Part shown: positions 42,227 through 55,192 of the stretch, piece after piece | Layout of the letters: each line of letters starts with the position of its first letter | How positions within the stretch are numbered: position 1 is the stretch's first letter | Assembly: GCA_012295275.1 (NCBI GenBank) | Contig: CM022666.1 | Span: forward strand, 14,942,001 to 15,006,000 | DNA length: 64,000 nucleotides | Direction of reading: 5' to 3' | DNA from: Chrysomallon squamiferum | Taxonomy: Eukaryota; Animalia; Mollusca | Made by a program: the position numbers and the translations under genes | The notes under the pieces: model-generated | Databases searched by the model: none | What the model saw: only the letters and a program-made list of their open reading frames with translations | What the model was told of the DNA's origin: nothing

Positions 42227-43679
42227 GCATATCCCATTTTCTCCAGTCCTCTCTCTCTCTACCTCTCTCTCTCTCTGTCTCCGTCTCTCTACCTGTCTGT
42301 CTCTCTGTCTCTCACTCTCTCTACCTCTCTCTCTCTTTCTCTCTCACTCTCTCCCTCACACAAAAACACACACAATAAATCAAAAAAAAAAACCTCCAGT
42401 CGATTACAAAGTTCTGTATTATTTGTTTATAAAATGTGGGAACAGGAAACAATATTTCACACACACACACAGCCACGAAACATAAAACACTGACACAGCT
42501 AACAACATCCTATACATGCAAACAGACACACAGACACACTCACCTTCTGTTGTACAGTTTATACTCGTAATTGTAATGCTTTCCAGCTTCAAACTGTTCT
42601 ATGTTTTTATCTTGATTTGACCACCATTCGATGGTTTTAAATGTTTCATCGCCACAACCAAACAAAACTTCACAGGAGAAAGTAATTTTGTCTCCTGCGT
42701 TTGCAGACATGTTTGAAGGAGGCACTGTCACCACAGGCTTAGGAAACAGACTTTGACAATCTGTAGAAATAAATTTGAAAAAAAAAAAAGTTGAACAAGT
42801 AAATTTAAAAATATAACTTTGTTACTATAGACTAATTTAAAAAAAAAAAGAAAAACAATGTTCTAACTGGACTGACAGAGACTGGTTGTCACGGCAACTG
42901 ATAGAAAAATGTCTGCTACTGTCAGACTGGGTGACAGTGAAGGAGAATTGAACTTTGAACTTTGTGAAATTGTTGCTGCTTTGAAAATCCACTTTAGCAG
43001 TTTACACTGTTATTGTTATGTTAATTGCTATATGTATCAAAACCTGTGCACACTGGATCACACACTGGATCACACACAGGATCACACACTGGACACACAC
43101 TGCACAGTACTATTGTAACACAATTATATAATTCATGCTTTTAGTTAAATAATAAGCGACAAAACTATATAAATAGTACTTGTGAGTGTGTTTGTCTCTT
43201 ATGTGTTTCTGTATGTGTGCATGTTTGCCTATATATTTATGTGTGTGTGCATGTGTTTATTTTCATTGTTTTCTTTTAACTTGACCATGCCAAACCTCTG
43301 ACTTGTAATCTGAAGTATGAACTCATTTCCACACTTCCATTGGTCATCACACTGCGATACAGTCCTCCATCTTCCACAGTCGCTGAGATCAGCTGAAGAC
43401 TTTGTCCGTCGTTACAGATCTGCACCTTGTCTTCGACAGGAAGTACCGGTATCCATGACAAATTTTCATTTTGAAAGAACCACGAGACGTTTGTGAAGCC
43501 TTTCGTACAGCATGAAAACAGCTTGGGTTGACCTTTTCGAACAATATCATCTCCATTTTTACATGGTACTAATGGACCTGAGTTTCAGAAATAATGCTTG
43601 TGGTTATGAATGAAGAAGAAGAAAAAAAGGTTTGTATTATCATAAACAAAACAAAATAAGTACTTATATATATGTATGT

Positions 43680-43744
<65 letters not shown>

Positions 43745-43892
43745 TATTATTAGACTGCTTTTAAACTAATTTTTGAATATTTCTGTTGATTTTACCTGGT
43801 GTTTTTGGTTTTGCAGGACATTTTTCTTTGCAGCTATCAACAATTTCAAGAAAAACCAAAACTGAATGTAGACATATTAAAATCACATTCAT
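38978..43892 (-). CDS. Interleukin-1-receptor-like protein (signal peptide, 2 Ig domains, TM, TIR), 7 exons, 457 aa
   Basis: Exons 43892-43796 (MNVILICLHSVLVFLEIVDS, signal), 43577-43296 (Ig: C..W..LQL..VEDGGLYR), 42760-42544 plus 42159-42035 (Ig: FSC..IEW..NLTI..ENF..YIC), 41361-41203 (TM YIILTAFMALLAVVVAVVVVTCC), 39941-39804 (TIR box1 MYDTAVV..LLPHL..YKV) and 39333-38978 (box3 KFWKSIKKKLP). They total 1374 nt, are stop-free and all GT-AG. Confidence 0.85.
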
Positions 43893-45409
43893 TTTCACCT
43901 TTCTGAAATAAATCAACAGTATCATTCTGTTTTATTGTGGAGTTTGTCAGTGACAACTAACCCAAAAATGAAATATTAAACATTCTTCATGTTTTTTATG
44001 TGATTTATTAAATAAAACCATAAAAATACAATATATTAATGTGCATCTACTTACAAAACAGCTCAGATTAATTTAAAAAAAATTATCATTTAATTACAAT
44101 ATTAGACTATTTTGTCAAAATAAACAATCAGAAATATTTTCTTACAAAGCTTCTCCGATTATATCCCTTAGATAATGGGTTAAAGATTCACTTTTGTTTC
44201 ACAATTTGTTTGAACTATTCTTCCATTCCAACAGGAGCTCTGTGACAGGTATATTAGAGGCATGGTAAGTATTGTCACTGAGAAGCCACACTTATAAAGC
44301 AGGACACATCAAGAAACTGTTTTCAATGAAATAAAAATTTCATCTTCAAGTACAAAGTTGAGAATTGTTACAGGATTACGTAAAGACAGAACTTGGTGAA
44401 GTGTGTAGCAGTTTCTTAACAGGAAGCACTGGAACCTGCTTTTGTTAGACACCACAGCTGCACAGTGATGATGAGGATGCTGCTGCTGATGATGATAACC
44501 TGATGAGGATGACAGACATTATAAAATAAATACTTTTTATTTTTGACATTACAAGAAAATCCCAGTATTCCTTCAAAATAAATCTCAATCCAAAGAATTT
44601 CTGTAACCTGTGAACCTCAGATATGTAATTTTGAACACTGAACAAAAAAAAAAATAAAAGAAAGGAAGCGACCATGAAAGTGTGAATGAACATGGTGACA
44701 AGTTATAGGTTTTATAAACTTGTTATTAATTAGCAAGCAAGTGCCATAAACCACTCAAGAGCTATTTTTAAACTCTGTGACCACAATAAATTCTGAATAT
44801 CAGTAACAGATTTTGGTATACTGTCAAATTATGTTAATCAAATTTTGGAACAGATTAAGTAAAAAAAAACACAAAAAAACATGAAACACACACAAAATAA
44901 AATAAAAAAAATAATGAAAAAAAAACAACTATTGGTACAAGATACATTAACTATAATTAAAGAAATAAAAATGTATAAACTTCGTAACTCACACTAAAAC
45001 TGACATTTCGCGTCTTTAAATCATTGTCATTATCAAACTGTATTTCTGAGAGATTCCAACACCAACATCCACACATCCACACATTCAGTAATGCCTTTCT
45101 TTCAACAGGACTCTGTGACCTACGAAATCACGGTAAACTCGAGATGCGCTAACCTTTAAAATATTTAATTACTAAGCGATACAAATTAAAACACTGAATC
45201 CTCACTTCCTTAAACAACTTTAATTATGGGCTGGAAAAAAAAAAAAAAAAAAAATTAGAAGAAGAAGAAAAGAAAAAAAAAATAGATTATAAACATAATT
45301 CATATTTATTTGTTTTTCAATTCTTCGAAAATTGTGTCTTAACAGGAAGTTCGTGTCAGACCACACAAAAGGGAAGTAAATCAGGCTGATAGTGGGTGAA
45401 TGTTGGTGA

Positions 45410-45450
<41 letters not shown>

Positions 45451-48400
45451 GGTGGGTGTGTGTGTGTATGTGGGTGGGTGGGTGTGTGTGTGTATGTGGG
45501 TGGGTGGGTGTGGCAAGAATTATCTATTAAATGGTTTTAATTATAAAAATGTATAAAACCTAACAACAACAGCAATAATAATAATAACTGTAAATTACTT
45601 AAATATAAAATAATGAATTAAAACGTACTACTGGAAATTAAATAAACAAAAATCAGAAACGTATAAAAAGTATTTAAGTTGATACATACACTCGTACATT
45701 CTGTGTAATTAAATCCATACAGTACATATAATCTTTTCCTGTTTTTTTGTTTTGTTTTGTTTTTTTTTTTGTTTTTTTTGCTGTTAATGGCGTCTGACAG
45801 ATGATTAGATTAGACTGGTTCTAGGATACATCATCAACACAAAAGAAATATTTGTCTGACATTAAAATATGTTTACAGTATTCATTTTGTTTAAGCTTCT
45901 CTTGAAAAATGCCAAAGCTTCATGGTTATATCGACATTCTCATTGCCAGCATCTGCACCTATCAGTTTAATAACTTAGTAAGAAGTTATACAACATCTTC
46001 AAATAGATGGTTATTCATTAACTGGCCATCTCGTAAGGTTTTCTGTGACCCATTTCAAATTCATACAACTAAATGCATAAAAATTCCAGTTTGTTTTGTT
46101 TCTGGATTTTTTCGAATTCCAGCTAGAGCTCCACAAATAGGTTATCAAAGGCTGTTATATTAACTTTTCTGAATATGGATTTAATTATAATAATAATAAT
46201 AATAATAATAACAACAATAATAAATGAAAGATTCCTTACTACTATTAAATTGAATATAGCAATGTTAAGAAACACTGGGTTTTCTCTTTGTTATCTTTAT
46301 TTAGTTTTGTCATTATAACAGCTGATATTAAAGTATGTTATTGGTCAACATTACAAATCTTTTTAATTTTAATTTTTTTTTAATTCTTAAATATTAAATG
46401 TGTCTGTAATAAGAAAAATTATTTTATATTTATTACACTAAATAGTTTAAAATATTATAAATCAGCTTTGTACTGTGTACTGTTCTTATGACCACAAATG
46501 ACACCCAATAATCAATTTTATTTTTTATAATTATTTTTTATATATATTTTTTATTAATTTTATTATTATTATTATTTTTTATTATTATTATTTATTTATT
46601 ATATATATATTTATTTATTTCATTTTTATATATTTTTTTTTTTTTTTTTATTATTTATTTAGATGTTGTTTTTTTTTATGACGTCATACAATAAATCATC
46701 CCAATAATTTATTTTTATCATTTATCGGACAGAAACAGCATCAGTCAAAAAATGTACATTAATCCTTTAAGTCCTAAATACAAGCTAACATGTACACACA
46801 CACATGAAAATCAAAAAAAGAAGAAAAAAACAAGATATAAAAAGTGTATTTAAAATGTTTATTTATATATAAAAGCATGAACTAACAGTCTATCATATTG
46901 CACAAACTACCAAAGGCGCAGTAATGTTTTTGTAGAGATGATCTTTAGCATAAGAAAATCATCATCACCATCATCATTATAATCATTGTAATTATTATTA
47001 TCATGACAATCATTATTTATCATTTGATAACCATTGATTATTCATCACACTCATCATCATAATCATCATTTATTATGCAGTAATACTGACATAACAACAT
47101 CAGTCACCATGACATATTGATTTTTATTTTTGACACTAAAGTTCAACTCTACCAATATTTTGCAAAAACTGTCCACTAATCAAACCTTGTATTTGTTTTA
47201 ATTAACGGATAATTTGAAACTGTTTCATATCAGAACAAATTCTGGTTCATATCTTTTAGTTTATTTTGTCCCGTTTTATTATTATTATTATTTTAAGCAT
47301 GTTGAAAACTGTTCTGACTACGTATAAAAGTAATCATAGTTGAAATTCTGACAATTATAATTAACCCATCAAGTTATTAAATAAATAATAATAATAAAAA
47401 AGGTACTTCAGATTTAGTATTTAGTTTACATTTTTATTTTTAAAAAAAAAAACAACAAAAAAACAGAACAAATTTGTTTCATCTCTTCTATGGACATTGG
47501 CAACTACTACTGAAAATGAATTACATAATTTCAAAATTTTCATTAATGCTAAAATTCAACAAGTGAATATTCAAGAATGATATTTATGGCAACCGTAGTA
47601 GAAAATATGGCAAGCATAAAAGTATTATGTATAGATTAATAAAAAATATAATTACATATTCAAGTAATAATTATAAAAACATAAAAAATTCAAAACTTTT
47701 TATGTCATCAAAAACCAGCCATGCAATATATAACATAAGCAAAGAAAATTTCCAGTGCATATAAAACTGTCAAAATGAAAAATGCATATATCAAAATTCA
47801 CAATATAATTAATGGAAGATTAAATAGTAAAGGATTAGTAATTTAAAATTTCAGAACAAGAAAAAAAAACTTTAATAAAAAAAAGAAAATAAAATCACTA
47901 AAAATCCCAGACTTTGTTTAATTATTCTTTATCAGTAAGACAAATAGGTTAAAATTGTTATTCACAAAGCTGAAATTTAATCCCTAATTGTTATATTTAG
48001 CAAGAAAAACAAAACAACATCCTGGACATTTATGAAATATGTTTGTTTGTATTAAGCCAATGTCAAAGATGAAAAGAGAAAAAGGTTTATTAAAAAAAAT
48101 AGAGAAATGATTTTAATATAGCTGCATTAATTAAAATTTTAAATAAGTAAATTATAAAGATTTTCATGTTAACTAATTAGTACACTGTGTGGTTCTAGGA
48201 ACAAATTTCTTTGACGTGTCTCTTAATTCAGAATATGATTTTTATAAATAATAAAAATATCAACAGATGCATTTAAAAAAATATATTTTGTAATTGTAAT
48301 AAAAATATCAATTAATATATTTTGTAAATATTCAATTGTAATAAAAATATCAATTAATATATTCAATAAATATTCAATTTATTTTGTTTTTAAATGGCAT

Positions 48401-50090
48401 CCTCATATGAATTAATATATTTAAAAATAAATTTCATTTTGTCTATGTAATCGTGACTGTAATCACAAGAGGTAAAAAAACAACTGATCAAAATCCATAT
48501 TCCATATTAAATCACAAAAGTAGACTTTACAAACTGTGTTTTTTTTATAATAATTGTAACAGAACCGAAGTCTGGCATAATTTTAAAAAATGAAACCAAA
48601 TGTCAGTCCAAGTCATTCAAAAACTGAAACGTAAACACTGAAATCAAAACATTTATCAATTTACAGGCCATTATAAATATTTTTAAACACATTGTAAGAA
48701 GAAACAGATAAAACAAACACGAAAGAATGAAAAAGTTATGTATTCACACCAAAAAAGCTAAAGTAACAAAACAATAATAAATAAGATACAAAACTCCTTG
48801 AACATAATTTTGACCCAAACATGACACATAAGCAACTTCAGTGTTTTATATATATATATCACTTTTATTTGTTTTTTGTTTTTTTGGAAGGAGTGGGGGT
48901 AACCTTTAATTTTTAATTTATAATTATTACTTTTTTCTTTTTTTTGGCAGCGTTAACTGCCTAAACAGAATTTTTCCAAAAAATAACTATATACATTGTT
49001 TTTTTGCACTGTCAGAACACTTCACAAATAAAGTGAAAATCATTTTCTTTTTACAAAGTTAAATTTCAGTAAACCAAATACTAGGCAGAAATTATAATTT
49101 TGGATGAATTTGGCTCCAAACTTAACTGAATTCTGTTAATTTATTTATTTTTATTTATTTTTATTTTTTTTTTAAATTTATTTTTTTATAATTTTATTAT
49201 TGTGTTTTATTTATTTATTTATTTATTTATTTTATTGTTTTATTTATTTATTAATACTGCAAAATCATTATATTCATCATCGTCAATAATTATTACTACT
49301 ACAACTACTACTACTGTTGTTGTCATTTATCATCATTATTCTTATTAAAAGCCAAATTATTTTACATTATTTTATTCATTAAACCAAAATTCACCACAGG
49401 ATGAATTTACTGAATCGAGAACATTATTATGTTCAAGTCTTTATTTAACATCACCAGTATGTAAAACCTGGCTCTTTTTGTCTGTAATACTAGCATGCTC
49501 ATTATAAAAGAACTCAATGTTTAAAAATAAGATTCATGTAAAAATGACATAAAGCTATTTATGTACAGAACTACCAGTATATAATACAATGCATGAAAAG
49601 AAAATAAAGACGCAGTATCACTAAATGACTGTTTTAACCAATCCATTGTACAGGACTGAATCATACTGCATGATATTTATATATAAAATGTGATTAAATT
49701 AAACTGTATGTTTACCAATTATGATAGACACTTTAGTCTTAAACTATAAATTTAGTAATTACTGACAGAAATAAATAATTCAAACTCTGCTTCAAATAAT
49801 CTATAACATGACAAATTACATTTAGCAAGCCAGTTAATAAGAATGTTATTTTAATAAAAATATATGACTGGTGTACAAACAGACAGACAGACAGATAAGG
49901 CTGTAAACAAAATTAATCCACACATAAACATGTGGCCAAGAAGAAAAAAGCCAATAAATATAAAAAGATATATTTGTATATAAAATTGAATAAAAAGCAA
50001 GAAATATATAAATATATATGTATAAATCATAAATGGATTCCATTAATGAACAATAAAATAATATACCCTTCAGTTACTCAGAACAATAAC

Positions 50091-50143
<53 letters not shown>

Positions 50144-52559
50144 CTTAATAGCAAAACAAAAGCACCAAAAAGGACAGAATATTAATAAAAGAGATTAAGA
50201 GATCGAAGTAAATAAAAGTACAACTGAGAGAGCTTAACAGCAGTTTCATCCTGCTATCACAAAATGACCAGCATTACACAATCATGTGGATTAAACATTT
50301 TATCTCACCCCCAGCTATTAAATAAAATATCAAATACAAAGCTGGCATTGATACCAAATAGCACAGAAACCAGAAGCTAAACAATAATTATTAAAACTTT
50401 AGAAATACTGAATATTTATTTAATTTTGTAAAAAAAAAAAAAAAAAAAATATATATATATAAAACACCATTTTGTTCCTCATGTTCTGCAACTTGAGGCT
50501 TCAGTTTAAAAAAAGGTAATAAAATTTATAACAGAATAAAACTTTAACAAGTAGCTTTGACTAAGTTAAAATGTAAACATTTTTAAATTTAAATGCTAAA
50601 ATGTATTAACGAATTGTAAGACAATAAATGATTAATAATGTGTGATTACATAAAATGTTAAAGATTAATATACAAACATTAAAATTAAAATCCAAATGTT
50701 AAAATTAAAATCCAGATTTAACACTTAATTTTTAAAAGTTAAAATTAATTAAGAAAGTGTTACCCATATAATAACTGGCATTGTATGTCATCATTTATCA
50801 TCTGGATGACAATCAGCAGTAAACCAGCTTCAAAAGTCTATTAATTTGTATCTGTTGAATTTTTTATTTTATTTTTATAAAAATATAAATTAATCCTCGT
50901 TTCGAAAAAAGATAAAATCCAGAAATCCGTGTCACCTCCCCACTAGTGCCCAGCCTACCAGATAACTGGTTTGGTATTGTAATAACGGTTTAATAATCTG
51001 ATGAAAAAGCACTTTTTTTTCAAAGAGCTCAATGATAAAGATAAAATCAATACTATACTTAAATTCATTACGATAATTATTACAAATATAATTATGATAA
51101 CTGTAATAATAACAAAGCTAAAAGATTAGACCAAGCAATATCTAAAAAATTATTTACATGAGAAATATGAAGCTGCAGTTTGTGATAATCTTCTCACAAT
51201 ATGAAAATCAAAGACTGTATAAACAAATTTCTATTTCTACTGGCCTAAAAACAAACCTTCTAACCTGCATATTGGATAGACAATAACAAAAAGTGGTAAA
51301 TGAAGAGAGATGCTTTATTTTAGTAATGGATTAAAAAAATTGGAGACAGTTCAAATATGAATAAATATCTAAAAGATTAAAAACAGGAACAATTGTTTAG
51401 AATGTTATAAATAAGCAAGATCTGATAAAAATGAAAATAAAGATGGTGACTGTGGTTTTATTAAAATGTAAAGTGTTGAAGAAACTATAAAGATATAAAG
51501 AATATTTTTCCTTTTAAATATAAACAAGGAAAAAAATATTTTAACAAGAAAAAGTGTGTTTAGCAGAAACATCGTGGAGGTGTAAATTATTATTTAAAAC
51601 AGAGAAAAGGAATTTACAAGAAAAACATTTTACAGATCTGCAGCTGTAACAGTTACAAAATGTTTTCAAATTTCTATTACAAAATTCAACCATTTGCAAA
51701 AAACAACCCCAAACTGTAGTTTACTAAAAGTGTTGGTAAAATTAAGCCTAACATTAAAAATACCTAAAACAATTCTACAAAACAAAATGGCTGCTCTGCA
51801 GTTTTGAAAATGCTAAAATGTAAACAATCATTAAAAACCTGACAAACAATATCAGTATTAATTATGGCTTAGTCACAAAAAATATTTTCTAATTATTTTC
51901 TAATTATTTTATCTAAACAAAATGTCTACCAAATCAGCAGTGTCAAATTCCAAAATATTGAGTGTTACTAAAAATAAAATAATTATAAAAATGTAAATTT
52001 AAATTTATTAAATCTAACCCTCAATAGCTAGTTTATCTAAACCATGAAATTTACAAAATAAAATGGCTACTTTTATTTACAGTAATTGTTTAGTACTTAT
52101 TAAAATCCACTTTCACAGAAATAAATTTGTGTAAAATATTTTATCTCAAAAAGTGGTCAAGATTTTAAAAATATCTGTGGTGATGTAAATCAGTGAGCAA
52201 AAACCAGTGATTAAACATTTTCCTAATTACGAAAATAGATTTATTTTATATATCTTTAAAAATTTAAATGACTAAAAACTAACTCTTTACTCTTAAAATT
52301 CGTTTTGTTCGTAAAATCTTTTATCAAATTTATAAATATTTCTTCTTTTCATTTTTTATTTTTTTTATTTTTTTTTAAAAATAATAATGGACGGTAATGT
52401 CAAACTGCAATTCATTAAACAACCAACAATTTTCTGTATGTTTTTTTTTTTTTCTACAACATTAAAATGAAGAGTTTGTTTTCATCTTGTGTTAACATCC
52501 GTCTCAAAGTCATGCATTACGTGGAGATAGAGTAAAAACGTTTTGCTGCTGTCGACTGC

Positions 52560-52875
52560 CTAGATTGCGGTGAGGTTTCTGCTCTGCGTAATGTGAACAA
52601 TAAGTTTTCCTGGTCGTGGTTGGTTGCTTTCTTTCTTTCTTCCCACAAGCCCGACTTCCTGTGCGACTGTCTGGCACTCGTCTGCACTCATAAACACGTG
52701 TTTGCCCATGTACTGGTCTCGTAAAACGTTGTTGTTCCAAATCTGAACAAAAAAACAACAACAACAACATCAAATGTGTCTCACTTGTTTCACCAAACAA
52801 ACTGAAAATCTTCCCAAATCTTTTAATCTACAGATGATGTGGCATCATATTTATATAACAATAATTTAGAACCTT

Positions 52876-52906
<31 letters not shown>

Positions 52907-52953
52907 ATAATAATAATAATAATAATAAAAATAATAATAATAATAACGATAAA

Positions 52954-52984
<31 letters not shown>

Positions 52985-53625
52985 TAATAATAATAATAAT
53001 AATAGCAATAATAATAATAATAAAAATAATAATATGTGGGTTATCCCTGATTGTTGTTTTTTCTAGCAAATCATTCATATTTTATAAACATAAAGTGACC
53101 GTAATATAATAAATTACTGTAACCTAGTAGACCATTAATTATTAATAATAAAGTATAACTGTAAAGTATAAATCCAACATGGCGGCTGATAATTAACAAT
53201 CTTTCAAACTGCTTCTTTAAGCAGAGAATTTATCTAAACATTTTAAGGAATCAAAAACCTGATGGACCGAAAAATTAATTCCAAAAGTTGTCACATCTCA
53301 GCCTGCAAGGGTTGTTTTTACTTATCAAGTTTACAAAAGACCAAAACAAAAGAGAAAACGTCAGCTCATAAAGATAGTTTCCTGTGTTCTACTTTATAAG
53401 AGTTACAGAAGGTGGTGTTGGGATATAGCTATTTGTTCACCTGTATTTTGATGGGACTTCCCACTGGATTTTTTCTGTAGAACAGAGCTGAAACATTCCA
53501 CTCTGGGTTGACAGTGTTCTTACAGGCTGGTGTTGTCACGGTTTCACCTTCGCAGGATATAATACAGTAGGGGTCAGCACCTGGGTGAAATGTTTTTTAA
53601 TTAAAAAGAAGTGTGTGAGTCAGCA

Positions 53626-53660
<35 letters not shown>

Positions 53661-53670
53661 TGTGTGTGTG

Positions 53671-53718
<48 letters not shown>

Positions 53719-53841
53719 TGTGTGTGTGTGTGTGTCTGTGTGTGTGTGTGTGTGTGTGTGAATCTGTGTGTGTGTGTGTGTGTGTGTGTGTTTGTCTGTG
53801 TGTGTGTGTGTCTGTGTGAATCTGTGTGTGTGAATCTGTGT

Positions 53842-53885
<44 letters not shown>

Positions 53886-53900
53886 TTTGTGTGTGTGTGA

Positions 53901-53956
<56 letters not shown>

Positions 53957-54310
53957 CTGTGTCTGTGTGTGTGTGAGTCTGTGTGTGTGTGTGTGTGTGT
54001 GGGTGGTACTGTGTGTGTGTGAAAAATATTTAATTAAAAAAACAGTGTGTATGTCTATGTGTGTGTGTACGGCTGTGCATTTATCTGTGTCTGTGTCTGT
54101 GTGTGTGCTTGTATGTATATATATGTGTTTACTTGTATATATGTTATGGATGTATATGTTGTGTGTATGTGTGTGTACGTGTGTATATGTGCCTGTGCCT
54201 GTGCGTGTGTGTGTATGTGCTTGTGTGGTCTATTGTTGTAATAACATTATGTAATATAATTTTAAAAAATAAATTTTAATTGGTTTTTGTCACATTTATT
54301 TAAATGTGTT

Positions 54311-54376
<66 letters not shown>

Positions 54377-54909
54377 TGACACATAAAGACCTTGAACACA
54401 AACAACATCAATTCATTATTTCAGTTTTTCACCCTGTCATGACAACTGTGTTCATGACAACTGTGTTCACTCCCCTCAGATCTGAGTGATACTTGACCAG
54501 AAGAAAAGAGAAAAACAACAAAAAACAAAAGTTATCAGAAACAGTTAGTGAATGATTACCGACCTTGTGTGTCCTGTTTTTCCAGTCCACTGGCTCTGAC
54601 CACTTTGATGCTGGTGACCATAACTGGAGCCTTTGAAGCACAGTTCCACCAGGAAGCTTCAGGTATGTCCTGAGTGAGATGTCTGTTAGAAAAAAAGTTT
54701 TGTACAAAACAGAATAGTAAACAGAGACGTTGATATTGAGACACATACAGACAACACTTCATTGAAATATGAGAAAATCTTGAATCAGGTAATAAAAGGA
54801 ATGAAAAAAAATAAAGAAAAACCAAATAATAATAATAATAATAGAAATCATAATAATAATAGTAATAATAGTAATAATAGGAATAGGAATAGTAATAGTA
54901 GTAGTAGTA

Positions 54910-54969
<60 letters not shown>

Positions 54970-54976
54970 GGAATAG

Positions 54977-55008
<32 letters not shown>

Positions 55009-55009
55009 G

Positions 55010-55050
<41 letters not shown>

Positions 55051-55160
55051 GGAATAGAAATAGGAATAATAATATAATAATAATAGGAATAATAACAGGA
55101 ATAGGAATAATGATATTAATAAGAAGAATAATAATAATGTTTTTTAAAAACCACAAAAAT

Positions 55161-55192
<32 letters not shown>

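Noticed and set aside
44145-44500. Possible extra signal-peptide/Ig exon of the IL-1R-like gene (..FLMCPAL..LEWKN..)
   Set aside because: It has multiple in-frame stops, and a complete signal-peptide exon already exists at 43892-43796. At most it is a 5'UTR exon or decayed relic.
24515-45045. Hammerhead/Penelope-like cores (CTGATGA..GAAA near 24522; degenerate reverse motif near 45000)
   Set aside because: The required stems could not be formed convincingly.
50760-51450. Possible ancient LINE remnant on the plus strand
   Set aside because: Only a weak STGLKTN-like motif is visible, too degenerate to support a call.
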